Positions 19,545 through 29,311 of a DNA stretch of 64,000 nt are shown here, piece after piece (position 1 is the stretch's first letter; every line of letters starts with the position of its first letter). The position numbers were made by a program, and so were the translations under genes. The DNA is from Candidatus Hydrogenedentota bacterium (GTDB taxonomy: Bacteria > Hydrogenedentota > Hydrogenedentia > Hydrogenedentales > SLHB01), in NCBI GenBank assembly GCA_963668025.2, contig CAXXTH010000010.1, positions 1,344,001-1,408,000 of the forward strand, given 5' to 3'. The notes beneath the pieces are model-generated. The model searched no databases, was not told where the DNA came from, and was given only the letters and a program-made list of their open reading frames with translations.

Positions 19545-20996
19545 TCACACTACGTAGGTCGAGGCCGAGGTCATGCCGCCGCGTCCGGTCCAATTGGTAT
19601 GGAAGAACTCGCCGCGCGGCTTATCGACGCGCTCATAGGTGTGCGCGCCGAAGTAGTCGCGCTGGGCCTGGAGCAGGTTGGCGGGCAAGCGCTCCGCGCG
19701 ATACCCATCGAAATAGGCCAGCGCGGTGCTAAGGGCCGGGGCCGGGATGCCCAGCTTCACCGCCGTGGTGATGACGCGCCGCCAGGCGGATTGGGCCTTC
19801 TCGATGGCGTCCTTGAAGAACGGATCGAGCAGCAGATTCACGAGGCCGGGATCTTTGTCGAAGGCCTCCTTGATTTTACCCAGGAAGGCCGACCGGATAA
19901 TGCAGCCGCCGCGCCACATGAGGGCGATGCCGCCGTAGTTCAGGTTCCAGCCGTATTCCGCCGCCGCCGAGCGCATGAGCTGGTAGCCTTGGGCATAGGA
20001 CACGATCTTCGAGGCGTAAAGCGCCTGGCGCAGATCGTTGACGAAGGCCTTCTTGTCGCCATCGAACGCACAGGTTTGGCCTTTAATGAGTTTCGATGCG
20101 GCCACGCGCTCGTCCTTGATGGCCGATAGGCAGCGTGCGAATACGGCTTCGCCGATAAGGGTCAACGGCTGGCCTTGGTCGAGGGCGGCGATGGCGGTCC
20201 ACTTGCCCGTGCCCTTCTGGCCGGCCGTGTCGAGGATAAGGTCCACGACCTCGTTGCCCTCTTCGTCTTTATATCCCAAGATGTCGCGGGTGATCTCGAT
20301 GAGGTACGAGTCGAGTTCGCCCTTGTTCCATTCCGCGAATACTTCATGCATTTCAGCGTTCGACATGCCGAGTCCTTGGCTCATGAGATGGTAGGTCTCA
20401 CAGATCATCTGCATGTCGCCGTACTCGATGCCATTATGCACCATCTTGACGAAGTGGCCCGCGCCGCCCTCGCCGACCCAGTCGCAACAGGGGGCGCCGT
20501 CGGCGGTCTTGGACGCGATGGCTTGGAAGATGGGCTTCACATGCTCCCATGCGGCAGGCGAACCGCCGGGCATGATGGACGGCCCGAGCAGCGCGCCTTC
20601 CTCGCCGCCCGACACGCCAGTGCCGATGTACAGGAAGCCCTTGCTCTCGACATATTGCGCACGGCGGATGGTGTCCGGGAAATGCGAATTGCCGCCGTCA
20701 ATGATGATGTCGCCTGGTTCGAGGTGGGGGAGAAGCAGTTCGATGAAGTCGTCCACCGCCTTACCCGCCTTCACCAGCATCATGACCTTGCGCGGCGTCT
20801 TCAAGTTGGCGCACAGCTCTTCGATGCTGTGGCAGCCCAGGATGTTTTTGCCTTTGCCCCGGCCATTCACGAAATCATCCACTTTCGATACGGTGCGGTT
20901 AAAGACCGCCACGGAAAAGCCTTTGCTTTCCGCATTGAGCACTAGATTTTCGCCCATGACCGCCAAGCCGATGAGCCCCATGTCCATTTTCGCCAT
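19545..20996 (-). CDS. gnd: 6-phosphogluconate dehydrogenase (decarboxylating)
   Basis: [31 protein letters not shown] and [12 protein letters not shown] motifs. Confidence 0.97.
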   Translation of the reverse strand: MAKMDMGLIGLAVMGENLVLNAESKGFSVAVFNRTVSKVDDFVNGRGKGKNILGCHSIEELCANLKTPRKVMMLVKAGKAVDDFIELLLPHLEPGDIIIDGGNSHFPDTIRRAQYVESKGFLYIGTGVSGGEEGALLGPSIMPGGSPAAWEHVKPIFQAIASKTADGAPCCDWVGEGGAGHFVKMVHNGIEYGDMQMICETYHLMSQGLGMSNAEMHEVFAEWNKGELDSYLIEITRDILGYKDEEGNEVVDLILDTAGQKGTGKWTAIAALDQGQPLTLIGEAVFARCLSAIKDERVAASKLIKGQTCAFDGDKKAFVNDLRQALYASKIVSYAQGYQLMRSAAAEYGWNLNYGGIALMWRGGCIIRSAFLGKIKEAFDKDPGLVNLLLDPFFKDAIEKAQSAWRRVITTAVKLGIPAPALSTALAYFDGYRAERLPANLLQAQRDYFGAHTYERVDKPRGEFFHTNWTGRGGMTSASTYVV

Positions 20997-21026
20997 TGGT
21001 TAGCTTCTCCTTCTATGTTGATTGTG

Positions 21027-21347
21027 TTATGAATGATTAAGTGTCATATTCGCTTCTTGCAGCACTTCATAGTACTTTTCAATAATCGCCTGGAATTCCT
21101 TTGCCAGCTTGTCCCAGTCCAGCACGTCCACCATGAACGGCAGATTGGACTCCGCAAACGCGTCCTTCAGTTCCTCTATGCGCCGCCAATCCACCGGCTC
21201 CGGCGTGACGAGCGCCAGATCCAAGTCGCTGTAAGGCCGCGCATTGCCCCGTACCCGCGAACCGAAGGCCCTCACCTCCGCTTCGGGGATGTGCGACGCG
21301 AGGAGCCGCTTCACTTCCGCTAGTTCTTCACTAGATAAGTCAATCAT
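21027..21347 (-). CDS. Minimal nucleotidyltransferase (MNT) antitoxin
   Basis: FGSRVRGNARPYSDLDL (GSx10DxD) and VDVLD; start overlaps the HEPN stop. Confidence 0.9.
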   Translation of the reverse strand: MIDLSSEELAEVKRLLASHIPEAEVRAFGSRVRGNARPYSDLDLALVTPEPVDWRRIEELKDAFAESNLPFMVDVLDWDKLAKEFQAIIEKYYEVLQEANMTLNHS

Positions 21348-21759
21348 TCCGTTTTTCAAGTTCCGCTAGAAGCGCTTGTGCATGAGGCAAAAACTGCTTT
21401 GCGTGCTCTAGCGCCACTTCCGCTTGCGCTTCGTCATATGTGTGGGACGTTAAGCTTCGTGCGTCGCCAAAAGCAAACCATGGCTCGGGATTGGCGATAA
21501 GGCCTTGCCTGGCCGACATACGGAACAACTCCTTGCGCGTCCGGGGAAACTCGGCTTCCGCCAGCGAACCATTCTCGCGCAGCCACCGCTGCATGAACTT
21601 CCAGCACTGCTCGTACGCGATCTCGAAGTGCTGGATGATGCCTGCTCGAATCGCTTCCCGCGCGTCAGCCTCATAGGAGTCACCACGCGTATCCAGTACG
21701 TGCAATGAACGATCCAGCGCTTCGATGGTTTTCCGCAAGCTTGTCAGTTCCAGCCGCAT
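21340..21759 (-). CDS. HEPN toxin / HI0074-family nucleotidyltransferase substrate-binding protein
   Basis: IQHFEIAYEQCWK and RSLTSHTY (Rx4HxY). Confidence 0.9.
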   Translation of the reverse strand: MRLELTSLRKTIEALDRSLHVLDTRGDSYEADAREAIRAGIIQHFEIAYEQCWKFMQRWLRENGSLAEAEFPRTRKELFRMSARQGLIANPEPWFAFGDARSLTSHTYDEAQAEVALEHAKQFLPHAQALLAELEKRND

Positions 21760-21784
21760 GGTTCACCTCAGTTCATGTCTCACT

Positions 21785-23071
21785 CTATTTCCGCAATGCC
21801 TGCAACGTGTACGCCGGGAGTTTTTTATCCGCGAAGATCGGTTTGAACCGCGTGAAGCGGTGGCGGCCGGCATTGATCGGCGCGCTGATCCAGTCTTCGC
21901 CGATGAGCGGTTTTGCATAGCGCACGAAATCATCCGTCACATCGATCTTGCTTGGCGCAATCCACGACTTCGGGAAAGAACGTTCCGAATTGGCGACTTG
22001 TTCGAGAGGCACTTTGTCATACCGCACATTATAAATCACGCCCGGCTCGCGCAAGATGGTGGACATCCAGCCATTCTCGCCGGATTGGGCGATCAAGGCG
22101 GCCTTCTGGCCTACTTTATATGCTTCATCCAGGTCCACGATGGATGTATACAGCGCCATGGCGCGTTGATCCGTACCCGAGACTTGTCCGCGCGCCGCAC
22201 CAGGCACCGGCAGTTTCTTTTCATTCAACAAGTTGACGATTTTCTGCGCGGCGGTCAGTTTCGTGGCTCCGAAATGGGTGTGGCCGAAGCTATCCTTGAT
22301 ATCGCCTAATTCGCCTATGTCGAAGCCCTCGCTTACGACGAGCATGCACCGGCCATCGCGCTTGAGCTGGTCGCTCACGTTGTCGCATAACTCTTCCGCT
22401 GTCACGCCCGATTCGGCCATATAGATCTGAAGCGGCATCTCCCGTTTCGGGTCCGCCAGACGCGCCGCCGCAGGAATGAAGCCGATTTTGCGGCCCATGG
22501 CCTGCATGACCAGAACGGGATCGTTGGGGCAAGAACCTGCATTTTCTTCGTTGGCGGCCTGGACCACGCCCATCCAATACCGCGCCACGCTGCCGTAGCC
22601 CGGCGTATGGTCGATGAGCTTGAATTCCGAGTCGCCCACGTCGTTGTCGATGGTCTTCGGAACGCCGACGCCGATGAGGTCGAGGCCTTGTTCGTGGGCG
22701 AGGTTGGCGATTTTATGGGCGGTGTCCATCGAGTCATTGCCGCCGTTATAGAAGAAATACCCGATGTTATGGGCCTTGAACACCTCGATGACCCGCTGGA
22801 AGTCCTCTTGCTGGTCTTTTTTCAACTTGTACCGGCAAGTGCCGATAGAGCCTGCGGCGGGGGTGTAACGCAGCAGGGCGACTTCTTCTTCATCTTGAGC
22901 AGACAGGTCGAGTAATTCTTCCTTCAAGACGCCCTCAATGCCGTGCCATCCCGCGTAGAGGGTTCCAAAGGTCTCAGGGAACATCTTGCACGCGTCGATG
23001 ACGCCGCGAAGCGAGCTGTTGATGACGGGGCTAGGCCCGCCAGACTGTGCGACAATGACATTCTTTGGCAT
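21785..23071 (-). CDS. PfkA-family kinase with PPi-type signature
   Basis: QSGGPSPVIN, GGNDS, PKTIDND and MGR; the Asp in GGND and Lys in PKT are the PPi-type residues. Confidence 0.88.
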   Translation of the reverse strand: MPKNVIVAQSGGPSPVINSSLRGVIDACKMFPETFGTLYAGWHGIEGVLKEELLDLSAQDEEEVALLRYTPAAGSIGTCRYKLKKDQQEDFQRVIEVFKAHNIGYFFYNGGNDSMDTAHKIANLAHEQGLDLIGVGVPKTIDNDVGDSEFKLIDHTPGYGSVARYWMGVVQAANEENAGSCPNDPVLVMQAMGRKIGFIPAAARLADPKREMPLQIYMAESGVTAEELCDNVSDQLKRDGRCMLVVSEGFDIGELGDIKDSFGHTHFGATKLTAAQKIVNLLNEKKLPVPGAARGQVSGTDQRAMALYTSIVDLDEAYKVGQKAALIAQSGENGWMSTILREPGVIYNVRYDKVPLEQVANSERSFPKSWIAPSKIDVTDDFVRYAKPLIGEDWISAPINAGRHRFTRFKPIFADKKLPAYTLQALRK

Positions 23072-23196
23072 GATGCAATTGTTCCTCCTGTATAGTGCCA
23101 TTATATCCAAATAGAATGAACCTAAATAATCGGCTTACGCCGATTCAATATGAATTCCATAGAGTAGCATAGCCGCAACTAAAGGCCCGGATTGTA

Positions 23197-23300
23197 GGCC
23201 ACGAAATACCCTAAATACACGAAAACATTCAATGGAATACTTTGTGACTCTGGCCACGCCGTTGTTAATTGCTCATCAGTGTAATCGGTGTCATCAGTGG
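23197..23300. repeat. Two 9-bp-periodic CAC triplet motifs in facing orientation
   Basis: ggccacgaaataccctaaatacacgaaaa (+) and ccactgatgacaccgattacactgatg (-). Confidence 0.55.
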
Positions 23301-23540
23301 ATCAAAATGTCTTCAAATGCTTGCACAGGAAATCTTTGCAAGAAAAGGTTTTTTGTAGATAGCAGCCCAACACTGGCGGCGCATGGCGGCATTGAAATAC
23401 GTGTAGCATGCGCTTTTCTTGTTTAACCAGCTTCTATTAGTTAATAATTTCATAAAAATCGATTAAATAACAATCATAAATTAACTTATTATACAGCTAG
23501 AGTCAACGCTCTAACATTATCTAGGGCCTATTATAAGACA

Positions 23541-24869
23541 TTATGACATACGATTTCTATAAAAAGGCTTCGGTGCGGGATTGCCTTCTTTTAACCGATA
23601 GAGCACTTCTCCCGCGTGTGGCACGAGGAGAAGCCCTTCCTCTTCCTTGTCTTTCCAGTCATCGGGATGGATGGATGCCGGAGCACGATACCCCAGGTTA
23701 ATGGCGCGGCATTCCTCTTCGGGTATTCCCGTGGCCAGCGTGACCTGAATCCGGCATTTTTCCACGCCGTTTTCCATAGTCCCGATGCCGCGCACGTGGG
23801 TCGAATGGGCCAGGATGCCGCCGGGTATGTCGCGAAATCTATCGAGTTGGGACAAGAAATAGTCGCGGGTATGATAACCGATGCGCTTGATCAGTTTGCC
23901 ATGAGTCACGCTGATTTCACGAATATGCGGCGCACAAATAATCAGTTCGCCGCCATCGGCCACCACGGGCTCGAGCTTGTACATGCATTTGCCCGCCACC
24001 CAGATCTCGTCATACATGGCGGGGGCCATGGCGAGCACGCTGGTGTAGGGGCGGTCTTTGTAGACGACATGCGTCTGTGCCGATAGGTCCGCTGCGGCGT
24101 CCCAGGCGTCTTCCGGCGTGCCGTAAAAAATGCCTTTGCAATCCTTGCCCATCACATTCAGGCAAAAGCAGCGTTTCTCGATGGGAATCATGGAGGCGGC
24201 TAGGTTGATGACTTCCCGCACGGGCGTGTACTTTGTGCCATTGATGACGGGATTCGAGATCAGCGCGCCCAACCAGTGAAATAGGTTCAGTATTTCCTCG
24301 CCCGCGATGCCGGGGAAAAAATACTTGTTGCCGCCGCTGAAGCCTACGACCTCGTGGGGAAACACGGGCCCTACAATGCACAGCAAATCGTAATCAAAGA
24401 TCCGCTTGTTGATCAGCACATCGGCGCGCTGCCGCAGCAATCCGCCGCTGATGTGTTCGATCTCTTCCTCAGTGACCGTTCCGATATGCCGCAGCATATC
24501 CGCATTCTGCCAATCATGATTAAAAATGCCGACATCCGCGTATTTGGTTGCGCGCTCTTCGGACGATATGCCCACGAGGTGGTTGATGGCCTCATCCGTC
24601 ATGGGCGGATGTGTGCCCAAGGCCACGAGGCAATCCATTTTCGCCACGCGCCCATGGACCGCATCAAACAGCGCTCGAAACATAGCCGCCATGGGCATGC
24701 TGCGCGTGCTGTCGGGAATGATGAAGAGGACGCGCTTGCCATTGATGGATTCGTTTCCCAGCGTTTCTTGCACGAAAGCATGCAAGCCGGACTCTGATAG
24801 GAAGCCTTGCGATGCGATCAGTTGCTTAGTTGAGGATGTGGTTTGCATCAACTCGGGTATCTCCTCCAT
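23541..24869 (-). CDS. LarA-family (lactate racemase domain) nickel-pincer epimerase; candidate gluconate/mannonate 2-epimerase
   Basis: PDSTRS, ALGTH, PHEVVGFSGGNK and FHW motifs. Start may be 24848. Confidence 0.85.
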   Translation of the reverse strand: MEEIPELMQTTSSTKQLIASQGFLSESGLHAFVQETLGNESINGKRVLFIIPDSTRSMPMAAMFRALFDAVHGRVAKMDCLVALGTHPPMTDEAINHLVGISSEERATKYADVGIFNHDWQNADMLRHIGTVTEEEIEHISGGLLRQRADVLINKRIFDYDLLCIVGPVFPHEVVGFSGGNKYFFPGIAGEEILNLFHWLGALISNPVINGTKYTPVREVINLAASMIPIEKRCFCLNVMGKDCKGIFYGTPEDAWDAAADLSAQTHVVYKDRPYTSVLAMAPAMYDEIWVAGKCMYKLEPVVADGGELIICAPHIREISVTHGKLIKRIGYHTRDYFLSQLDRFRDIPGGILAHSTHVRGIGTMENGVEKCRIQVTLATGIPEEECRAINLGYRAPASIHPDDWKDKEEEGLLLVPHAGEVLYRLKEGNPAPKPFYRNRMS

Positions 24870-24887
24870 GTGAAAGGCTCGGAATAC

Positions 24888-25033
24888 TCACCACTAAGTC
24901 ACAAAGACACAAGGAGTTGTGAGAGTTCATTCATCTGCCTCACTCTTTATTTGTGCAATAATGGTTAAATATTCATATACATACATGATGAAGTCCTTGA
25001 GAACCTCTTTGTGTCTTCGTGTCTTGGTGGTGA
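24888..25033. repeat. Inverted pair of 9-bp-periodic triplets (MITE-like, 146 bp)
   Basis: Arms 24888-24915/25006-25033 match at 24/28; same CACNAAGN family as the outer arms at 2801/3181. Confidence 0.85.
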
Positions 25034-25034
25034 A

Positions 25035-26201
25035 TTATCCGGATACTTCCGCAGATCTATCGGCAATGCTATATCCCAATCCCGCCAGCGCCCTCTCGAT
25101 CTCGCTATTCGCAGGCTCCACGAGCGCGCGCGTATTAAAAAACTCGCAGCGCTGGGGATATTCTTTCCGCAAGCGATCAAAGTATGCGCCGCGCTGTTCC
25201 TCGGGCTGCCCAATAATGCCGCGCATGGCCGCATCGTCTTCCACTATATCATAAACCGGTTTTACTGCTTGCCGCAGGGCGTCCATAAAGGGAAGTGAAC
25301 CATCCACGCGCACTTCGGGGCACGCTGGCGCGGGGAGCAAAGGCGCGGGATTCCAAGTGGGGGGGAGGCCCAGGAATTGGCAGGCGGCCTCGTAAATCTG
25401 CCGCGTGCCGTTCACCTTGCCATCGAAGGAGTAGCCCGCGATGTGGGGCGTGCCGATGAACACGCGCTTGAGCAGAGCGGCGTTTATACTCGGTTCGCCT
25501 TCCCATACATCGAGCACGCAGGCCCGCAAGTGGCCATCATCCAGGGCGTGTATAATCGCTTTGCCGTCCGCCACGGGGCCGCGTGAACTGTTCATGAGAA
25601 TCGCGCCTGGCTTCATTGCTTGAATAAACGATTCGTCCGCCAAATGATAGGTCGCGTCCGGCCCTTCTTTCTGAATAGGCACATGGAGCGTGACGATATC
25701 GCATCCCAGGATCTCTTCAATAGGCCGGTATTTGGTATTGCCAGTCTGGCGCTCGAGCGGCGGATCGTTGAGGACGCACTTCATGCCTAGCGCAGTGGCC
25801 ATGGCCAGCACCCGTTTTCCCACATTGCCCACGCCTACGATGCCCAGCGTCATGCCGTGCAAATCGAATCCGAATCGTTCGCTCAGCGCCAGCAAGGCGC
25901 ACGCGATATATTGGCCTACGCTGTTCGCGTTGCAGCCCGGCGCGCTCGAGAAAGCGATGCCGTGTTGTGCGAGATACGCCTTGTCGATGTGGTCTTCTCC
26001 AATGGTGGCCGTGGCCACGAAACGGACCTTGGAGCCATCCAAGAGCGCCGCGTTCACCTTGGTGATCGAGCGGACCAGCAGTAGTTCCGCGTCGTGGACG
26101 GTCTCTGCGGCCATCTTGCGGCCGTGCGCCGTACACACTTCGCCCAGTGGCGCAAACGCCTCCCGGACATAGGGGATGTTTTCATCGGCGATAATCAGCA
26201 T
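25035..26201 (-). CDS. pdxB: 4-phosphoerythronate dehydrogenase
   Basis: IADENIP, VRSITKVN, TATIGEDH, APGCNA, PHIAGYS and FDRLRKEYP motifs. Confidence 0.92.
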   Translation of the reverse strand: MLIIADENIPYVREAFAPLGEVCTAHGRKMAAETVHDAELLLVRSITKVNAALLDGSKVRFVATATIGEDHIDKAYLAQHGIAFSSAPGCNANSVGQYIACALLALSERFGFDLHGMTLGIVGVGNVGKRVLAMATALGMKCVLNDPPLERQTGNTKYRPIEEILGCDIVTLHVPIQKEGPDATYHLADESFIQAMKPGAILMNSSRGPVADGKAIIHALDDGHLRACVLDVWEGEPSINAALLKRVFIGTPHIAGYSFDGKVNGTRQIYEAACQFLGLPPTWNPAPLLPAPACPEVRVDGSLPFMDALRQAVKPVYDIVEDDAAMRGIIGQPEEQRGAYFDRLRKEYPQRCEFFNTRALVEPANSEIERALAGLGYSIADRSAEVSG

Positions 26202-26219
26202 GGTAGCTCCTTTTTTGGA

Positions 26220-26247
26220 CCACGAATGGACACGAATTTGCACGAAT
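26220..26247 (+). repeat. 10-bp-periodic triplet (cacgaat x3)
   Basis: ccacgaatggacacgaatttgcacgaat, just upstream of the pdxB RBS. Confidence 0.7.
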
Positions 26248-26381
26248 AAAGAAGTGCATTTCTGGTGCATTAATCAAACTTACAGACAAAATGCTTATGT
26301 GTATATAATTATATTTATAGTACATTATTAAATTATTTACTGATGTATTTTCATTGATTCATATATGTAAAATAATCGTGA

Positions 26382-27440
26382 TCATTGGTGTTTATTCCTG
26401 GTTCCTCTCGTTTCTTCATCAATGATTGCTTTCGTGAGCGAGATAGCGTCCAGCGCATATGGGCTGTCGCTGGTCTCCTGGCACAAGATGATTTCATCAA
26501 CGCCTTGCCGCACGGCAAGGGCGACATCATTGAGTTCAGCCCGGTTGGGCGTTCCGGTGGACGCATAGTGTTCGAGGAATTGCGTGGCCACGGCCACGGG
26601 CTTGCCTGCTAATTGGGCAAGTTTTACGATCTCCTCCTGAATGCGCGGCAGCCGGTGGGGCGGCACGAATATGCCCAAGTCGCCGCGCCCCAGCAGAACG
26701 CCATCCGCTTCGGCGATGATGGCGCGCGCGTTTTCCACGGCGTAAGCGGTTTCGATTTTAGCGATGATGCGCGGTGTCTCCTCCGGCCATATAGCGGTGA
26801 TGTCGCGGCGCGCTTCGGCTATCTGCGCGGCGGATACGGCCAGAGATAGCAGGATGCCGCTGGGTTTTATGCGTGCGGCGGCGAAACAGGCGAGGAGCTT
26901 TTGGTCGTCCTTGCGAAGCAATTCAAAATGGACGCCGCTATCGGGGAAGCTGCACCCGTTGTTTTCTTGAAGCGCTGAAGAGGCGGTATGGCATCTTGCC
27001 GATATCGTATTCGCCGTGTGGGAAATCACACTGAAGATATTACGCCCATCACGGAACATCAGCCGATGTCCGGGCTCGAGCATGGAAGCCCATTGCGGCA
27101 AGCCAGGCAGTGGAATTTCACCCTCTATTTGGGTGGTTTCCGCATCCACAAGCTGGACGATTTCGCCAGGATGGAACCGGCGGGCAAGCATGCGGCCAAT
27201 GCGCGGGCGCGTGGCGGGCAGATCAAGATATAGCCCGCATTTGGTTTCAAGCCCAGCAGAGGCTAGTATTTCTTGCTTGGCCAGAATAATATTTCGAGCG
27301 TCCATCAGATGATCGCGGCCGGACAGCCCTAAGGCCATGCGGAATCCGTTTGCACCGCACGCCATGGCTTCCCTGAGTTTTTGTAAGGAATCCATGGTTC
27401 GTCCGGCGCTGGCGATGATCCGGGGGCGCTGTTGTATCAA
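26382..27440 (-). CDS. Divergent pyruvate-kinase-fold protein (A and B domains, no C domain)
   Basis: AKIE, GRGDLG, ATQ and RAE retained; RLNFSH replaced by RMALGL and MLSGET by ILCQET; TTG start with AAGGAG RBS inside the upstream peptide gene. Confidence 0.85.
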   Translation of the reverse strand: MIQQRPRIIASAGRTMDSLQKLREAMACGANGFRMALGLSGRDHLMDARNIILAKQEILASAGLETKCGLYLDLPATRPRIGRMLARRFHPGEIVQLVDAETTQIEGEIPLPGLPQWASMLEPGHRLMFRDGRNIFSVISHTANTISARCHTASSALQENNGCSFPDSGVHFELLRKDDQKLLACFAAARIKPSGILLSLAVSAAQIAEARRDITAIWPEETPRIIAKIETAYAVENARAIIAEADGVLLGRGDLGIFVPPHRLPRIQEEIVKLAQLAGKPVAVATQFLEHYASTGTPNRAELNDVALAVRQGVDEIILCQETSDSPYALDAISLTKAIIDEETRGTRNKHQ

Positions 27441-27445
27441 GGTTT

Positions 27446-27586
27446 TTACGACTCCTTCGCCAACTGCGGGAAGAGCGTCACCACAAAATCATATACCGGT
27501 TCTTCGAAGGTTTCGCACCACCAGGTGGGCGCGCAGCCGCATGGCATGGGGCATAACTGGCTGGTGGCGGCTTTTATGTGCTTCAT
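27446..27586 (-). CDS. 46-aa Cys/Trp-rich small peptide (not in ORF track)
   Basis: MKHIKAATSQLCPMPCGCAPTWWCETFEEPVYDFVVTLFPQLAKES*; GAGGAG RBS 7 nt upstream; stop 5 nt before the next start. Confidence 0.75.
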   Translation of the reverse strand: MKHIKAATSQLCPMPCGCAPTWWCETFEEPVYDFVVTLFPQLAKES

Positions 27587-27605
27587 GGCCTGTCTCCTCA
27601 GTTGT

Positions 27606-27648
27606 AATAGGGGAGAAGCCATCCCACATCGAGTGTTTCTCCCCTATT
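27606..27648. promoter_or_regulatory. Hairpin between the HAD stop and the peptide RBS (terminator or mRNA-stabilising stem)
   Basis: aataggggagaagc...gtttctcccctatt, 13/14 stem. Confidence 0.55.
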
Positions 27649-27668
27649 TGTTCCACCAATAGGAATGG

Positions 27669-28568
27669 TTAATGGCCGTTCTTTTTCCACGGCGGCAGCT
27701 CGGGCAGATACGTGTCGAATTCGCGGATCAATTCCGCTTCATATTCGCCCGCGAATGTGCCCGCGAAGAACCGGTCGAGGCCTTCTTCATACAGACGTTT
27801 CCACGACTTGTCTTCATCGCCCGGAAGGATGGGGAAGAAGAGTGCGCCATTGCCCCGCGCTGCTTTCATATCGCCCGGCGCGTCGCCAATCATGAGCATG
27901 TTCATTTTTTCGTAGCGCCCTTCCGAGGCGTAGCCGATATGCTGCGTCTTTGTGCCCATTTCCTGCCCCGCGATGGCGAAGACATACTCGGCGAGGCCTT
28001 GCTCTTCCCATTCGCGCACGAGGGCCTCCGTGGGCGTCTGTGAACAAACCAGCATGTCCGCCTTATCTTGAGCTTTTTGCAGGCATTCACGCACATAAGG
28101 GAACGGCGGAAGGCCTTTGTCCACGATATCCGCCACCGATACATTCACGGCTTTGCTCCAGCGCAAGGTTTGGTGCATGACCGGATCATCGTGTTCTTTG
28201 CAATATGCCTCGAGGGCGGGATTGCCCAGTTTGGATTCCTTTTCGACCCATGCCCGCAGCGAGGGCACATCAGGGGCCTTAATGCCGCGCTCTTGCACTT
28301 TGTCCCAATCGTTCAGCAGGTCGAAGGTCATCAGGATCGCTGGAAAGCGGTTGCAGCCGCGCCATTTCGAGTAGAGGTTCACGAACTCCGCCGCCGCGCG
28401 CGCATATTTCGACACGGTTTGGAGCTCCCAATGCTTGATGATGTTCGGGATGAAACATTCCTTGTGCTTGATCTCCATCGTATCGAAGGCGCAGCCGTCC
28501 GAATCAATGGCGATTAAGAATTGGTGTTTGGGCTGGTGGTTCTTCAGAACTGCTACGGGGTCGCTCAT
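27669..28568 (-). CDS. HAD-family hydrolase
   Basis: IDSDGC motif I, GQEMGTK and MIGDAPGD motif IV. Confidence 0.88.
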   Translation of the reverse strand: MSDPVAVLKNHQPKHQFLIAIDSDGCAFDTMEIKHKECFIPNIIKHWELQTVSKYARAAAEFVNLYSKWRGCNRFPAILMTFDLLNDWDKVQERGIKAPDVPSLRAWVEKESKLGNPALEAYCKEHDDPVMHQTLRWSKAVNVSVADIVDKGLPPFPYVRECLQKAQDKADMLVCSQTPTEALVREWEEQGLAEYVFAIAGQEMGTKTQHIGYASEGRYEKMNMLMIGDAPGDMKAARGNGALFFPILPGDEDKSWKRLYEEGLDRFFAGTFAGEYEAELIREFDTYLPELPPWKKNGH

Positions 28569-28617
28569 GATAGTTTCTTCCCTTTCTTTTTTTGATGAAA
28601 TTAAGAATGCGCTTCTG

Positions 28618-29022
28618 TCATAACTGTTTATACATTTCTAACAGCCAGTCCCTCATGACGGGGGTATAGGATGAAATGCGTTTCGCGAGTTCTTCAGCGA
28701 GCAATTCATTATAAGTATGCACGGCAAGATTCCGATCATCCGCCATCTGCATAGCCAGATCTTGTGAAGAGCGGTTAATAAGGCCATTTTGCAGGCATGC
28801 CCTCACGATTTCTTTGGGAGAGGCGAATGCTTGCCCATACGCTTGGCGCAATACGGTTTGCGCTGCTTTCCAAATTGCTTCGAACGTAAAGATAAACCGA
28901 AGAATGGCGGCATCCCGGGAACGATTATCGTCATCGTTGGGGATAGGCTCAAGAGGCAGAGCCCTTTCGAGCGCCTCTAAAGCTGTTTTTGCGGTATCTA
29001 GCCGCTTCACCATTATTTCCAT
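28618..29022 (-). CDS. HEPN toxin / HI0074-family protein
   Basis: RDAAILRFIFTFEAIWK, SPKE and RNLAVHTY (Rx4HxY). Confidence 0.9.
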   Translation of the reverse strand: MEIMVKRLDTAKTALEALERALPLEPIPNDDDNRSRDAAILRFIFTFEAIWKAAQTVLRQAYGQAFASPKEIVRACLQNGLINRSSQDLAMQMADDRNLAVHTYNELLAEELAKRISSYTPVMRDWLLEMYKQL

Positions 29023-29303
29023 CGAATGCCTTCCTTGATGACGGCGTCGCGAAAATCCGCACTCGTGCTCGAAAGGTCTATCACATCCGCGAAATACGGG
29101 ATGTCGCTTTCTTCTAATGCGGAGCGGATGGCTGGCATCACGCTCATAGGCATAGGGCCCTTCGGCAGCACCGCGATATCAATATCGCTTGCGCGATCAT
29201 CTTCTCCCCGGGCCGACGAGCCGAACAGATACGCCTCGGCGTCATGGCCTTCCAGCGCCGATAGCACCAGGGCCTTGGCCTTTTCGATATACTTGGAATC
29301 CAT
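29013..29303 (-). CDS. MNT antitoxin
   Basis: YLFGSSARGEDDRASDIDI and DVIDL; start MDSKY; overlaps the HEPN start. Confidence 0.9.
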   Translation of the reverse strand: MDSKYIEKAKALVLSALEGHDAEAYLFGSSARGEDDRASDIDIAVLPKGPMPMSVMPAIRSALEESDIPYFADVIDLSSTSADFRDAVIKEGIRWK

Positions 29304-29311
29304 GGCGCGAA

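Noticed and set aside
26382-27440. Assigning the symbol pyk
   Set aside because: Several nucleotide/K+ site motifs are replaced and the C domain is missing, so canonical activity is unsupported.
27446-27586. Calling the peptide a SCIFF ranthipeptide
   Set aside because: Only MKHIK matches. The GGCGECQTSCQSACKTSC core is absent (4 Cys here) and no SPASM radical SAM gene is adjacent.
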